Virus record (IMG/VR): IMGVR_UViG_2585427782_000001
Reading direction: 5' to 3' (one strand)
Length of the DNA stretch: 33,888 nucleotides
Source of the DNA: a virus
Taxonomy: Duplodnaviria; Heunggongvirae; Uroviricota; Caudoviricetes
In this document: positions 9,488 to 19,999 of the stretch, one piece after another
How the letters are laid out: every line of letters begins with the position of its first letter
Numbering within the stretch: the first letter of the stretch is position 1
Notes under the pieces: generated by a model
What the model saw: only the letters and a program-made list of their open reading frames with translations
What the model was told of the DNA's origin: nothing
Database searches by the model: none
Translations under genes and position numbers: made by a program

Positions 9488-10983
9488 TATGCAGACTCCT
9501 CTGAATACTGAAGACGGAACTGATTAACCACGGCAAAGACACGCAGCTGGTTAACATAGTCAGGCGGGAACAGCGTGTTCAGGCGGTTCGGATCGCTGGC
9601 ATCACGCTCCACAACCAGGTGCTGCTTAAACAGTTCGTAGTTTTCCACGATCCCCGCATGCTCAAGCTGACGGTAGGTTGCCAGCAGTTCCCCTTTGATC
9701 ACCGCCGGTGTGACAATCGCCTGACCGGGACCAAAGCGGGTACCGTCGCTGGCAAGCTTGTGACGCCCGTACTTACTGGTAATGACGGATTTCAGTTTGC
9801 GCAGCACATACGCGCTGGTATGCAGCGTCTCGCTGTCGAGGTAGCTGTTATCCGCAACCCCGTAAGCGTTTTTCCTGTACGTGGTGACATCACGCTGAAT
9901 GCGCAGTACCCCGCTTTCGACATACGCCGTTGCCACGCCATGAGACAGCAGGGTCTGTTGTTCGGTCATCGTGAACCGTTTCCCCTTCGGCGCAGGCAGC
10001 ATACCCACCAGCTCACCGGTCTGCGTGGGACGTGCCGGATCGTTGCGGATAAACACCGCTGCGCGGGCGGTACGGCTTGCCGCCAGCTCGTCGGCAGGCG
10101 TCTGGGTCTCTTTTTCGTATCCCGCCAGGGTAATGTGCTGCTGGTTAAACTGGTCACCTGCGGTCACCAGTTCTGACAGCGTGCCGATCTTTGCCGTATA
10201 CACATGACCATACAGCTGACGCGCATAGCTCCAGCGACCGCTGGTATCGTTCATCTCGGTCACCAGCGTGTTAACGGAGGCCGTGTCGTTGAACGGCAGG
10301 CCGATATAATCAAACGGCTCATCCGCCATTGCAGCCACCGCGCCGGTGAGAACAGGAGCGCCCGTTCCAGCGGTACCCGTCGCCACGGCAATCTGTACGC
10401 CCGCTGGCAGCACTTCGCCCCCACCAAAGCCGTAGTAATTGAGGCTGACAGGAATTTCATTCCCGCAAAGCCCCTTATGACGCGCGGTCAGTGTGACCAC
10501 GCCTGCCGAAGATGAAGCCGTAAACGGCAGGGTCGGAACGGCATTGATGGCATCCTGAATACTACTGGCAATCATCGTGACGTTATCGCCGTTAGTCACC
10601 GGTGCCTGCACGCGGGTACGTCCCACATACACATTCACCGTGCCGGTTTCGGTTGCCGCCCCGGTCACCGTCAGCGTAACTGTTGCCGCCGCGCCCGTGG
10701 ATTCAGGAACGGCAATCACATACAGTTCACCAAACGGGTCGGTCTGGCGATAAGCCTCGACCATACGCGCCAGCTGACTTCCCGCACCACAAATCTGGCG
10801 TGCATAGTCTGCCGATGGCATCAGCACCAGACTGTTGGCAACAATCTCTGCACCGTTACTGGCGTGACCAATCAGCAGCGATGCCCCGCTGTCCTGTGCA
10901 GTATTCGCCGCCGAGTTATCCATTTCCGCATAAAACAGCGGAACCAGCGTATTCGACGGAATGGTGTTAAAGCTTATCGTCAT
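9487..10983 (-). CDS. contractile tail sheath protein (Mu L-like)
   Basis: 498-aa ORF; size and position (sheath-tube-chaperone-tape measure order). Confidence 0.85.
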   Translation of the reverse strand: MTISFNTIPSNTLVPLFYAEMDNSAANTAQDSGASLLIGHASNGAEIVANSLVLMPSADYARQICGAGSQLARMVEAYRQTDPFGELYVIAVPESTGAAATVTLTVTGAATETGTVNVYVGRTRVQAPVTNGDNVTMIASSIQDAINAVPTLPFTASSSAGVVTLTARHKGLCGNEIPVSLNYYGFGGGEVLPAGVQIAVATGTAGTGAPVLTGAVAAMADEPFDYIGLPFNDTASVNTLVTEMNDTSGRWSYARQLYGHVYTAKIGTLSELVTAGDQFNQQHITLAGYEKETQTPADELAASRTARAAVFIRNDPARPTQTGELVGMLPAPKGKRFTMTEQQTLLSHGVATAYVESGVLRIQRDVTTYRKNAYGVADNSYLDSETLHTSAYVLRKLKSVITSKYGRHKLASDGTRFGPGQAIVTPAVIKGELLATYRQLEHAGIVENYELFKQHLVVERDASDPNRLNTLFPPDYVNQLRVFAVVNQFRLQYSEESA

Positions 10984-11145
10984 CGGTGTTCACCTTTTTA
11001 TTCACGCGCCGGATATCACCCGCTGCTTCACGGCGCAGCCAGTAGTTGTTCTCGTCAACATTTCGCCCTTCGGCGGGCAAAAGGTCACCGCGGGCAGGGT
11101 CAGGCACTGACCGCCCTTTAACAGGTTTCACAAACATGAAGATTC

Positions 11146-11706
11146 TCAGGAAGGAAGGGTTATTTCGGTGTGATGTTCGATATCGCCGTCAGGCCCGTTA
11201 CCGGGATCGAGATAATCAACATCAATCGCCAGCGTTCGCAGTTCATCCAGACTGTTCAGGTCATCCTGCTGGCGGGTATCGTCTTCGGTCAGCTCGCTGA
11301 TGACCGAAAAATCGAACTGATAAATCAGCTCATGACGATTCAGATCCAGCAGCGTGCCGCCGTCATAGGTAATCGGGTTACCGCACGCTTCCGGGTTCCA
11401 GCCCAGCAGGGCCTTAAAGAGCATCTGCCGGACATCGTCCACCACATCATACGAAGCAAACTGACCGCGCTCATCACGCCCGTTACTCAGTATGACAACC
11501 ACGGAGAAGCCCTCTTTCAGCTCCTGCCAGTAGTCGGTCTGGCTTTTGTTTTCTCCCGGAGAGTCATCACCCGGTACCACATACGCCGCCGGGAGTCTCA
11601 GCTTTCCGACCTCCGGCAGATTTTTGAACTGTGCCGCGCCTGCCACCCGGTTTTCAAAATACGGGCAGCGGGCACGCAGCGCAGCAATAACAGGCGTCAG
11701 TTTCAT
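11146..11706 (-). CDS. hypothetical virion protein (neck / tail-completion region)
   Basis: 186-aa acidic ORF between the head-completion genes and the sheath. Confidence 0.4.
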   Translation of the reverse strand: MKLTPVIAALRARCPYFENRVAGAAQFKNLPEVGKLRLPAAYVVPGDDSPGENKSQTDYWQELKEGFSVVVILSNGRDERGQFASYDVVDDVRQMLFKALLGWNPEACGNPITYDGGTLLDLNRHELIYQFDFSVISELTEDDTRQQDDLNSLDELRTLAIDVDYLDPGNGPDGDIEHHTEITLPS

Positions 11707-12209
11707 CTGCGTCGTCGCTCCGGCTTCAGTGATTTACGTAATTCCCGCGCCAGAAAATAGCGTGTCCAGCTGCGGTTCTTTTCAAGCGTTTCCACCATGA
11801 AGTTATTACGTGGAGCCAGTCGCCAGCCGCTGCCACCGGATGCACCACGATGATGACTACGACGACGTTTTGCTCCTCCCCGGACACCAAAAAACAGAAA
11901 CGCCGGATAGAAGTCACCAGAGATCATCCGGTTCCCCTTCCCGTTGCGCTGGTTAGGGGCAATGCGTGTCATAAAACCGGATCGCTTTTTACTGGCTCTC
12001 GGCACCATATAACCAATCGAACGAGCCAGGCGTCCGGTCTGATAACCGGGGTTTTCACCCGGTGCCGACCGCGCACGGCGCATCACCAGCCGACGGGCAT
12101 CACGCATATGACGCTGCCCAATCGTGACAAACGCCCGCCGGACACGGGCGCGGTTAAAGCGCATCTCCGCGGGCTGCTGAACATCAACGTGCAAAAAGGG
12201 AGTCGCCAT
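11703..12209 (-). CDS. hypothetical head-tail joining protein (possibly HK97 gp10-like)
   Basis: 168-aa strongly basic ORF in the head-tail joining cluster; start uncertain. Confidence 0.4.
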   Translation of the reverse strand: MATPFLHVDVQQPAEMRFNRARVRRAFVTIGQRHMRDARRLVMRRARSAPGENPGYQTGRLARSIGYMVPRASKKRSGFMTRIAPNQRNGKGNRMISGDFYPAFLFFGVRGGAKRRRSHHRGASGGSGWRLAPRNNFMVETLEKNRSWTRYFLARELRKSLKPERRRR

Positions 12210-12594
12210 TGCTGCCTCCGTGACTCTGCGTAAATTCGCCCAGCTCTGTACACTCCAGCAACAGAAAGCGCCGCGCCCCGTTCAGATCGCGCTGACGTTT
12301 CACCCGGTACACACAGTCATCAGACACCACCTCATAATCAGCGGTGATCCCCCGGCGATAACGAATGGTGATGTAATGGGTGATGGCGTCTCCGGTCTGC
12401 GCGGTTTCCTGCCAGGTGGTGGCACTGGTCTGGATAACCTTCGCCCATGTCCGGAACACAACCGGGTATTGAGGCTCCACGCCAAAGTTATCCGCGGGCA
12501 TATCCACCCGCTGGCGGAGCAGGACGCGTTTATTCAGTTCGCCGGGGTCCGGCAGCATGTAGGTTGCGCTGGTCTGCGCCTGACGAATTTTCAT
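12184..12594 (-). CDS. head-tail adaptor / head closure protein
   Basis: 136-aa ORF following the gp6-like connector gene, HK97-like order. Confidence 0.5.
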   Translation of the reverse strand: MKIRQAQTSATYMLPDPGELNKRVLLRQRVDMPADNFGVEPQYPVVFRTWAKVIQTSATTWQETAQTGDAITHYITIRYRRGITADYEVVSDDCVYRVKRQRDLNGARRFLLLECTELGEFTQSHGGSNGDSLFAR

Positions 12595-12914
12595 TGCGGA
12601 AAGTACCTGTACGGGCCGACAAGCCAGCCAAAACTCTGTGGCATGTCGAGTTTCTCCACTTCCGTAACCGACGAGCGGTTTTCGTAAAAATGGCTGATAA
12701 GCATCAGCATCCCCAGACGAATATCATCCTGCAGGTGCAGCCCGTCCGGATCGCTGTCCGGAATGGTTTCATCCGGTGCATAGAGCTTCCGGTTCAGATA
12801 CGTTTCCGTCCGCTTTTGCGCCGCACAGGCCAGCAGTTGCAGATGGCGGTCATCAGTATCGAAATCCTCATCCAGCCGGAGTTGGGCTTTAATCTCTTCC
12901 ATTGTCAGAAGCAT
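12591..12914 (-). CDS. head-tail connector protein (HK97 gp6-like)
   Basis: 107-aa ORF shortly downstream of the major capsid gene. Confidence 0.55.
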   Translation of the reverse strand: MLLTMEEIKAQLRLDEDFDTDDRHLQLLACAAQKRTETYLNRKLYAPDETIPDSDPDGLHLQDDIRLGMLMLISHFYENRSSVTEVEKLDMPQSFGWLVGPYRYFPQ

Positions 12915-12916
12915 AC

Positions 12917-13117
12917 TCAGCCCTCTTTACTGGTCGTGGCTTTTTTCTCTTTTGCCGCTTTACTGCTTTTTGCACTGGTTCCGCGCTCTGCTAACCCGGC
13001 CTGAAGTGCAATCTCCTGCACCCGGGCAGGAATCGCCCCGTCGTCATACTCACCGGCCCGAATGACCTCAACACGCATACCGTCCGGTGACCATTTCAGA
13101 TCTTGTTTCAGGATCAT
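12917..13117 (-). CDS. small hypothetical protein with Lys-rich C-terminus
   Basis: 66-aa ORF between the capsid and connector genes; no recognised family. Confidence 0.3.
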   Translation of the reverse strand: MILKQDLKWSPDGMRVEVIRAGEYDDGAIPARVQEIALQAGLAERGTSAKSSKAAKEKKATTSKEG

Positions 13118-13165
13118 GATTCTTCACCCGTCAGAACAGGGGCGCGGTTCCGCGCCCCTGAGTGA

Positions 13166-14371
13166 TTACGCCACTGCAATCTTCAGCAGTTTGATGGCCT
13201 GCGAATCGACCAGCATGCCGCCGGTGCGCTTGGTGGTATAAAAACCGACAAACGGTTTATTGGTGTACGGGTCGCGCAGAATGCGGGTACCGATACGGTC
13301 AACGATGGTGTACCCCCGCTTGAAGTTACCAAATGCAATGGCTTTCGCATCAGCGGCGATATCCGGCATCTGTTCGTTTTCAGCGATACCGTAACCCGCC
13401 AGAGAGGACGGCTGCCCCAGTTCCAGCCCCGGACGCCACAGATAGTTACCCTCGCTGTCTTTCAGCAGACGGATGGCAAACAGGCTGTTGTTGTTCATCA
13501 TGAACTTCGCGCCAGTGCGGTGTGCCTTACGCAGCGTGTAAATCAGTTTGATAATGGCGTCTGCGGTCACCGTCGTCGCTTCACCGGATACGATATGCTG
13601 AAGTTTACCGAACGCACGAACCTTATCGGTTTCATCGGTGGATTCATACGCCAGGAACCCTTTTGGCTTCTTGGTGCCATCGCCGGTGGTAAAGGCAATT
13701 TCTTCCTGTTCGGCAAATTCGGTTGCCAGCTCGCTGTTGATCCATGCTTCCACGTTGAAAAAGGCATCATCCAGCATTTTCTGGGTGGCCTGCGGGTTAC
13801 CGTAGATTTCCCCCATGAAAGGTTCAATCAGGCCAAGTTTTGAGGTGGCAGTCTGGGAGCGCGCGTCAGTCTCGCCAACCCATCCGGAAGCCGTGCCGCC
13901 CAGATTCACCAGTTTTTTGTAGTCGGAACCACCAACGGTGATCACCGTGGCTTCCTGACGCATCACCACTTCATCTTTCAGCAAGGTCAGAATGTTGCGA
14001 TCCAGCTCTTCCGGCACGGCATAGCCACCGTCTTCATCGGTGCCTACCTGTAATGCCTTGCGCTCCAGATCGCGCAGACCATCTTCACGGCCTTTACGCA
14101 GGAAGCCCACAAACGCTTCTTTATGCTCGGTGGCCAGTTTATTTTGCGCACCACCTGCCGGACGTTTCAGCTCAAGCAGCTCTTTTTCAAGGTCGCTTTT
14201 GAGGTTTTCCAGCTCGCTGAGTTTCCCGTTCAGGGTTTCCACCTGCCCGGCAAGTTTGCCTTTTTCCTGCTCAATCGCATCCACGCGCTTGTCGTTCTTT
14301 GCTTTGAAGTCGTCAAACTTCTGCTGCAGCTCCTGCGCGACCTGTTCGACATCTTTAATATCAACCGCCAT
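13166..14371 (-). CDS. major capsid protein, HK97 fold, with N-terminal coiled-coil delta/scaffold domain
   Basis: 401-aa ORF; first ~100 residues are coiled-coil-like (KLSELENLKSDLEKELLELK); follows the prohead protease gene. Confidence 0.9.
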   Translation of the reverse strand: MAVDIKDVEQVAQELQQKFDDFKAKNDKRVDAIEQEKGKLAGQVETLNGKLSELENLKSDLEKELLELKRPAGGAQNKLATEHKEAFVGFLRKGREDGLRDLERKALQVGTDEDGGYAVPEELDRNILTLLKDEVVMRQEATVITVGGSDYKKLVNLGGTASGWVGETDARSQTATSKLGLIEPFMGEIYGNPQATQKMLDDAFFNVEAWINSELATEFAEQEEIAFTTGDGTKKPKGFLAYESTDETDKVRAFGKLQHIVSGEATTVTADAIIKLIYTLRKAHRTGAKFMMNNNSLFAIRLLKDSEGNYLWRPGLELGQPSSLAGYGIAENEQMPDIAADAKAIAFGNFKRGYTIVDRIGTRILRDPYTNKPFVGFYTTKRTGGMLVDSQAIKLLKIAVA

Positions 14372-14385
14372 CGTATTTCTCCTGA

Positions 14386-15072
14386 TTAGAAGTTCAGATT
14401 TTTCAGTGCATTCAGTGCAGAGCCCACATCCTCAGCGTCGCGCAGGGACAGTGCGCCATAGCCCCCGGCCATGAATGCTTTGGCCTGGGTACGGGAGAGT
14501 CCGACATCACGCAGGACTCTTTCGATTTTTTTCTGTTCGGGGATTTCCCCGCGGGCCAGTGCGTTCTTGACGTCGCTGATCCGCGCCTCGTCGTTAGACG
14601 GGAACGTCACCAGGCTGACTTCCCAGAGGTCGATTTCTTTCAGCAGAAAGGCTTCTTTGCTCCGGTCGTATTCCCAGTCTTTCAGGACGTACCCAATAGA
14701 AAGGCCGGTTAACGAACCGGCCTTCATGTGTGCATGTGCGCGTTTTGCGAGGGGATCATCATCAATAAGCAACCGTCCCCTGACGTAAAGCCCGACATCG
14801 TCTTCCTTCATTTCGGTGTAAACACCGATGGGTTCATCCATGCGGTGCTGCCAGAGCAGCGCAGGTAACGCTTTTCTGTCACTCCACGCCCGCAGGGAAG
14901 CAGCAAATGCCCCGGACATCACCACATCATCGTGGCTGTCCTTTACACCAAAGACGGAGCCATACCCTTCAAACTCACCGGAGTCACTGACAGATTTCAG
15001 ACTCAGCGGTACATCAAGACGTTGTTTCGTCTGCATTGGCGTTATCCTTCTGCTTACCGGCTTTACTGCCAT
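14386..15072 (-). CDS. prohead maturation protease (HK97 gp4 family)
   Basis: 228-aa ORF between portal and capsid; start may be internal given the 59-nt overlap with the portal gene. Confidence 0.8.
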   Translation of the reverse strand: MAVKPVSRRITPMQTKQRLDVPLSLKSVSDSGEFEGYGSVFGVKDSHDDVVMSGAFAASLRAWSDRKALPALLWQHRMDEPIGVYTEMKEDDVGLYVRGRLLIDDDPLAKRAHAHMKAGSLTGLSIGYVLKDWEYDRSKEAFLLKEIDLWEVSLVTFPSNDEARISDVKNALARGEIPEQKKIERVLRDVGLSRTQAKAFMAGGYGALSLRDAEDVGSALNALKNLNF

Positions 15073-16255
15073 CGGAGGGTTTCGTGGTCATGTTCATCGG
15101 TGTGAGATAGACATCACCACCGGGTCGTGGATTCATATCTTCCAGGTCGCGGCAGTCATTGGGAGAGTAAATTCCCCAGTTGATCCCGGTGGCGTAGGCT
15201 TCAAAACGGGACTTCATATCCCCGCGCAGTAACGCCCCGGCGTTAAATTTGGCGTAATAAACGCCCTGCTTACTTTTTCGTACCAGTCCGGTGTTGATCC
15301 GCTGTTCGATGCGGGTCAGATACGGCACCAGTGAATAGTTGATAAATCCCAGCCCCAGCTCTTCGATATTGTTGAAGGTGGCGCGATCGGTGTTCTGCAC
15401 CATGTGCAACGGCACCCGGAACAGACGACAGATTTCTTCAAGCTGAAACTTGCGGGTTTCCAGGAACTGGCTGTCCTCGGCGTTCAGCGCCATCGACTTC
15501 CAGTCCAGCCCCATCTCAAGGATCATCGGGCGGTGAGCATTGCCAAGCCCGGTGTGACGCTCCTCAAAATCTTTCTTCAGGCGCTCATAAGCCTGATCTG
15601 ACAGCGTCTGCTCTGTACGCAACACACCCGACGTCACCGCGCCATTGCTGAACAGTCTGGCCCCGTGCTCTTCGGTCGCTGCCGCCAGCGATATTGCCTC
15701 GCGGGCATAGGCGATGGGATTCAGCCCCACCAGTCCGTCCAGCGTCAGCGTGCGCACATGCCAGATATCCTCCTGGCTCAGTACATCCGCGGAGCCATCC
15801 GGGAATGTGACCTGATAGACCGGTTCCCAGCTACTGTTAAGCTTCGGTACCACACAGCCGGGATCGACGGGCAGCAGTTCAGCCACTTCGCCAAATGCTT
15901 TCACTTTGTAGGCGTAAAAGTTTCCCCTCAGGCACAGACAGGTGACCACCAGCTCCCAGAACTCCTGCGGCGTCATATAGCCATTGGGATGCGTGGAGAT
16001 CAGCTTATGCAGACGTTCGCCGGTGGCTCTCTGTTTAAGGCTGCCGTTCAGGTGATACAGATTGCAGGGCAACATCCCGACCGACTCCGCCAGCACCCTG
16101 ACACAGGAAAAAACCGCCGTCAGTCGCATGGCCCGCTGGCTGCTGATCTGCTTTCCGGTATAGGTGTCGTAGGACAACCCGATAGCATCCGCCAGCTCTG
16201 CTGGCGTGGTCACCGGTGCGTCACTTTTTCGTTGAAATAATCCCGAAAAGAACAC
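15014..16255 (-). CDS. portal protein (HK97 family)
   Basis: 413-aa ORF downstream of the large terminase. Confidence 0.85.
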   Translation of the reverse strand: MFFSGLFQRKSDAPVTTPAELADAIGLSYDTYTGKQISSQRAMRLTAVFSCVRVLAESVGMLPCNLYHLNGSLKQRATGERLHKLISTHPNGYMTPQEFWELVVTCLCLRGNFYAYKVKAFGEVAELLPVDPGCVVPKLNSSWEPVYQVTFPDGSADVLSQEDIWHVRTLTLDGLVGLNPIAYAREAISLAAATEEHGARLFSNGAVTSGVLRTEQTLSDQAYERLKKDFEERHTGLGNAHRPMILEMGLDWKSMALNAEDSQFLETRKFQLEEICRLFRVPLHMVQNTDRATFNNIEELGLGFINYSLVPYLTRIEQRINTGLVRKSKQGVYYAKFNAGALLRGDMKSRFEAYATGINWGIYSPNDCRDLEDMNPRPGGDVYLTPMNMTTKPSDGSKAGKQKDNANADETTS

Positions 16256-16437
16256 TATTTACCTCCGCCGACAGACGACTGTGTACGGTCGAGATATCGC
16301 GCCACCAGCCACGACCAGAACAGGCACAACGCCCCGGCAACAACAACCCCCGCCGGGGGATAAATCAGCCAGGCACCATACGCCAGCAAAAGCGCCCCCA
16401 GCACGCCCACCAGAGGCGCGAGAATCAGCATGATCAT
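16255..16437 (-). CDS. small hydrophobic protein
   Basis: 60-aa ORF with two hydrophobic stretches, wedged between terminase and portal; could be non-coding. Confidence 0.3.
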   Translation of the reverse strand: MIMLILAPLVGVLGALLLAYGAWLIYPPAGVVVAGALCLFWSWLVARYLDRTQSSVGGGK

Positions 16438-16448
16438 AATTACCTCAG

Positions 16449-18182
16449 TTAAAGCGAGCGGATCCCATAGGACTCAATGTGGTCAGACAGCGTGTCTTCT
16501 TTCTCGTACAGCATGGCTCTGCCAACCGCCATAATCAGCGCAACTGCACCATCGATTTTGTTTTCCGCCTGCTCTTTGACGGGCTTCACCACATCATCGT
16601 TACCTGGCATGTTTTTGCCGACCACATTGCCGATACACCAGGTCATGATGGGATTGCCGTCATGATGAAAGCGTCCCGATTCAATCGCTGCTTCCAGCTC
16701 TTTCATCGGATCGGACATATTGGCGAAGTTCTGGACGATAGTGACGGGATTCAGATCTTCATCAGCAAGGTCATGTGACAGCCCGGTCGCCCCGAAGGGG
16801 TCGATGGGTGACTCACTGACCGGGCTGATTTTGTTCGCCGCTTTGGCCTCCTCGAGGATGTAGCGATAATCCACCTCCGCACCATCGGTAACGGTCAGAA
16901 CGCCCATTTCCACCCATTTCTGAAAGCGTTCGGCTGTCCGTCGATCTTCATTTTTCTCGACGCTGTACACCGTGTCATACGGTACCCAGAAACGCGGGGC
17001 CACACTGTAGTAATGCGTTTTACCGTCAATCTCGCGGGTATAAAGTCGCGCCATGCTGTTCATATCCAGCTTACGCGCCAGGTCAAAGGCCAGAATGCAC
17101 GGCTGCCCCTCGAACTGCTCAAGGGTCAGTGATTTATCCTCGCAGCTCTGCCAGCTCACCAGGTTGAAATACGCCGAACGCGCCGACACCCAGATATTGA
17201 GGTGTTTTGTTTTAAAGACGTTTGCCAGACGGGCGTTATTTTTCGCACGCTGCTGCTGACTTAACAAAAATTCGCGATAAACCGACACGCCAATATTTGG
17301 ATTGGCTTTTTCCAGCACCTGCGGGTCGGTCCAGTCGTCACCTTCATCAACGGTATAGATGATCCCGAACAGTTCATCGTTAGGCACCGAGCCGTTGAGC
17401 ATCTCGATGACTTCCCGCCGTTTGTCGTAGCACGGCCCCTCAATGTTGTACCCGGCGGTAGTGATAGCCCACATCAGTGGCTGACGTCGCGCCCCCATCC
17501 CGGTAAGCATCGTGGTGTAAAGCGCATCTGTGGCGTGCTCGTGATATTCATCCACCACCGCACAGTGGGGTGATGAACCATCACCGGGGTTACCGATCAG
17601 CGGTTCAAAACGCGCACCATCCTCCGGACGGTTCATGTTTGAGGCGTTAACCTCAATCCCGAACGCTTCCGTCAGCATGGGTGTGCGTTTACACATCAGT
17701 CTTGCCGGACGAAAGACTTCCCATGCCTGTTTCTCCGTCGTGGCACCGGAATACACTTCCGCGCCGAACTCGTTATCACAGGCAAAACAATACAGGGCGA
17801 CACCGGCAGAGATTGCCGATTTGCCGTTCTTACGGGGGATTTCGGTATACACCTCACGGAAGCGGCGCAGCCGGGAGCCTTTATTGACCCAGCCAAACGC
17901 GCAGCAGATCACAAAGAGCTGCCACGGCTCCAGCGTGATGGGCATCCTCTTGAATGCCCACTCACCCTTGGTGTGCGGCAACAGCTGAATAAATTTCGCG
18001 GCCCGTTCAGCCAGGTCCTTGTCGAAGCGGTAACGAAACGACTTACTTTTTTCCTCCATCAGGTCATCAAGATGGCGCTGGCAGGCCTGAATCACAAACT
18101 GGCAGGCCACAATCTTTCCGCGCACGACATCACGGGCATACTGATTGGCAGCATTTACGTTGGGGTAAGATTTCCGGCTCAT
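16449..18182 (-). CDS. terminase large subunit
   Basis: 577-aa ORF with ATPase-like N-terminus and nuclease-like C-terminus; position after the small terminase. Confidence 0.9.
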   Translation of the reverse strand: MSRKSYPNVNAANQYARDVVRGKIVACQFVIQACQRHLDDLMEEKSKSFRYRFDKDLAERAAKFIQLLPHTKGEWAFKRMPITLEPWQLFVICCAFGWVNKGSRLRRFREVYTEIPRKNGKSAISAGVALYCFACDNEFGAEVYSGATTEKQAWEVFRPARLMCKRTPMLTEAFGIEVNASNMNRPEDGARFEPLIGNPGDGSSPHCAVVDEYHEHATDALYTTMLTGMGARRQPLMWAITTAGYNIEGPCYDKRREVIEMLNGSVPNDELFGIIYTVDEGDDWTDPQVLEKANPNIGVSVYREFLLSQQQRAKNNARLANVFKTKHLNIWVSARSAYFNLVSWQSCEDKSLTLEQFEGQPCILAFDLARKLDMNSMARLYTREIDGKTHYYSVAPRFWVPYDTVYSVEKNEDRRTAERFQKWVEMGVLTVTDGAEVDYRYILEEAKAANKISPVSESPIDPFGATGLSHDLADEDLNPVTIVQNFANMSDPMKELEAAIESGRFHHDGNPIMTWCIGNVVGKNMPGNDDVVKPVKEQAENKIDGAVALIMAVGRAMLYEKEDTLSDHIESYGIRSL

Positions 18183-18682
18183 GATTCGATGATTTTCAGA
18201 AACGGGTTAGTGGCTTTCTTCTGCCCCGCCAGGCCAATCAGACGCTGGCGGCTGCTGGGGTCGAGTCCGAGCATTGCCCCCGTACTGCTCATCTCGGACT
18301 CCTGTTCTTTTTTGGCGGTCAGCTCCGGATTTTTGACCATACCGCCCATTGCACCGGTGATGGTGTTGCCCTGTCTGGCAATATTTTTCACGGCACGTCG
18401 CCAGAACTCGTAGGCCACGCACCACCGCTCAAGCACCGCGAGGTCAGTCACGCACAGCAGGCCCTGACCGCAGAGTTCTTTGGTTGTCAGTTGCCACATG
18501 ATCGTAGCGAGAGGGAGATCTTCTTCAGCGAACCACTCCGGTGGCTCAACACCTTTGATGGGCGTAAAAACAGGTTCATCTTTATTCAGGGCTCGCTTGC
18601 CGGGGTTTCCGGCCAGCGCCTTGCGCGCCGTTGGCTTGGGGCGACGCCCGGAACGCCCCGCCGTTCCAGCCATATGCGGCAC
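18179..18682 (-). CDS. terminase small subunit (P27-type)
   Basis: 167-aa ORF whose stop overlaps the large terminase start. Confidence 0.8.
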   Translation of the reverse strand: MPHMAGTAGRSGRRPKPTARKALAGNPGKRALNKDEPVFTPIKGVEPPEWFAEEDLPLATIMWQLTTKELCGQGLLCVTDLAVLERWCVAYEFWRRAVKNIARQGNTITGAMGGMVKNPELTAKKEQESEMSSTGAMLGLDPSSRQRLIGLAGQKKATNPFLKIIES

Positions 18683-18723
18683 TCCTGGTTAAATTTCATT
18701 TTTCGCGGGTATAAAAAAACGAT

Positions 18724-18772
18724 GGGGCGGGCAGTCCGGAAGACGTCAGGTCACAGAGATTTGACCCGCCCC
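18724..18772. other. GC-rich inverted repeat in the HNH-terminase intergenic region; candidate cos / terminase recognition element
   Basis: GGGGCGGG (18724-18731) and CCCGCCCC (18765-18772) are exact reverse complements. HK97-type genomes place cos between the HNH gene and the small terminase gene. Confidence 0.35.
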
Positions 18773-18798
18773 TCCCCTCAGACAGTTGAGAGTTATTA

Positions 18799-19150
18799 TC
18801 ACTTAAGCCGTTCACGGGCCGTCTTCGCCTTATGACACGGCCAGCACAGACTCTGCAGATTACGGTCGGCATCAGAGCCGCCATGCGCTTTAGGGATGAT
18901 GTGATCAACGGTTTTCGCTTCACGCACCACACCGGCACGCAGGCACAACTGGCACAGTCCTTTGTCACGCTTCAACACACGCACGCGGATAACATCCCAC
19001 TTCGAACCATAACCGCGCTGATGACGGGATTGTCCTGGCTTGTATTGCTTCCAGCCTTCGCTTTTGTGGCTTTCACAATAGCCTGACGGGTCTGTGGTGG
19101 TATGGCGGCAGCCACGAACACGGCAGGCTTTTGGGATTCGTGATGGCATA
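18799..19150 (-). CDS. HNH endonuclease (terminase-associated)
   Basis: Cys/His pattern (C..C..H....C..C...H, ..VDHIIPKAHGGSD..NLQSLCWPCH). Start chosen at MPSRIPK, which has GGAG 5 nt upstream; the ORF track extends to 19248. Confidence 0.85.
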
Positions 19151-19371
19151 TGTACTCCAATGAAGAAGCCACCGACATAGCCTCCTCCATTCATCGTGAA
19201 ACTATTTTCATCTACCCAGTAATGAATTCTTTGTAGAGTTGTGATCAATACAACTCACTAATGGAGAGGCTTTTCCAACACGTTGGACAAGTTTCCTGTT
19301 TGATTTACTGGACACTATAGAAGGACAGAATGCCTTCATCACTCGAATAACATCAATTAAGGAGGTTCAAC

Positions 19372-19494
19372 ATGTTTCATTCCACAAATCATCAGGCTGT
19401 AATTATGGCTGCATCAGCTTGTGCCACAGACCTTTTCCGCTTCACTTTGAGCCTGATTCATTTCTACCTGACCGGCTCGCCTCTATCTTTTTAA
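19372..19494 (+). CDS. small ORF (40 aa) with strong ribosome binding site
   Basis: TTAAGGAGGTTCAACATG; encodes MFHSTNHQAVIMAASACATDLFRFTLSLIHFYLTGSPLSF; below the ORF-track size cutoff. Confidence 0.3.
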   Translation: MFHSTNHQAVIMAASACATDLFRFTLSLIHFYLTGSPLSF

Positions 19495-19674
19495 TCCCCG
19501 CTTTATCCAAATTGCATTGCCAGAATGCCGACAACAGACTGACATTCAAATCCTGACTACCTCCAATAGTCTGACCGTACACCTATATAGTTTTAATTTT
19601 CATCAATCCATTTAACTATCGTTTAATTGTTGTCACATAGGATTCTGCCGTTTTTAACAATGCAGGATAATAAG

Positions 19675-19968
19675 ATGAAAAAAATGTTGTTTTCTGCCGC
19701 TCTGGCAATGCTTATTACAGGATGTGCTCAACAGACGTTTACTGTTGGAAACAAACCGACAGCAGTAACACCAAAGGAAACCATCACCCATCATTTCTTC
19801 GTTTCGGGAATTGGACAGGAGAAAACTGTTGATGCAGCCAAAATTTGTGGCGGCGCAGAAAATGTGGTTAAAACAGAAACCCAGCAAACATTCGTAAATG
19901 GATTGCTCGGTTTTATTACTTTAGGCATTTATACTCCGCTGGAAGCGCGGGTGTATTGCTCACAATAA
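19675..19968 (+). CDS. bor: Bor lipoprotein (serum-resistance, Iss family)
   Basis: MKKMLFSAALAMLITGCAQQTFTV..EARVYCSQ is near-identical to recalled lambda Bor; lipobox LITGC; AGGA upstream of the ATG. The ORF track start at 19627 is an upstream in-frame codon. Confidence 0.92.
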   Translation: MKKMLFSAALAMLITGCAQQTFTVGNKPTAVTPKETITHHFFVSGIGQEKTVDAAKICGGAENVVKTETQQTFVNGLLGFITLGIYTPLEARVYCSQ

Positions 19969-19999
19969 TTGCATGAGTTGCCCATCGATATGGGCAGCG

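Noticed and set aside
9619-10176. 185-aa plus-strand ORF
   Set aside because: Lies entirely antisense within the tail sheath gene; no RBS or family features; treated as a chance open frame.
11170-11760. 196-aa plus-strand ORF
   Set aside because: Antisense to the 186-aa virion gene; no independent support.
14040-14474. 144-aa Ser-rich plus-strand ORF
   Set aside because: Antisense to the major capsid gene's coiled-coil region; low-complexity artefact of the complementary strand.
15665-16240. 191-aa plus-strand ORF
   Set aside because: Antisense within the portal gene; chance open frame in GC-rich coding DNA.
19151-19248. N-terminal extension of the HNH ORF (MITTLQRIHYWVDENSFTMNGGGYVGGFFIGVH)
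   Set aside because: The internal ATG at 19150 has a GGAG at good spacing and gives a protein of typical HNH size; the extension is probably untranslated.
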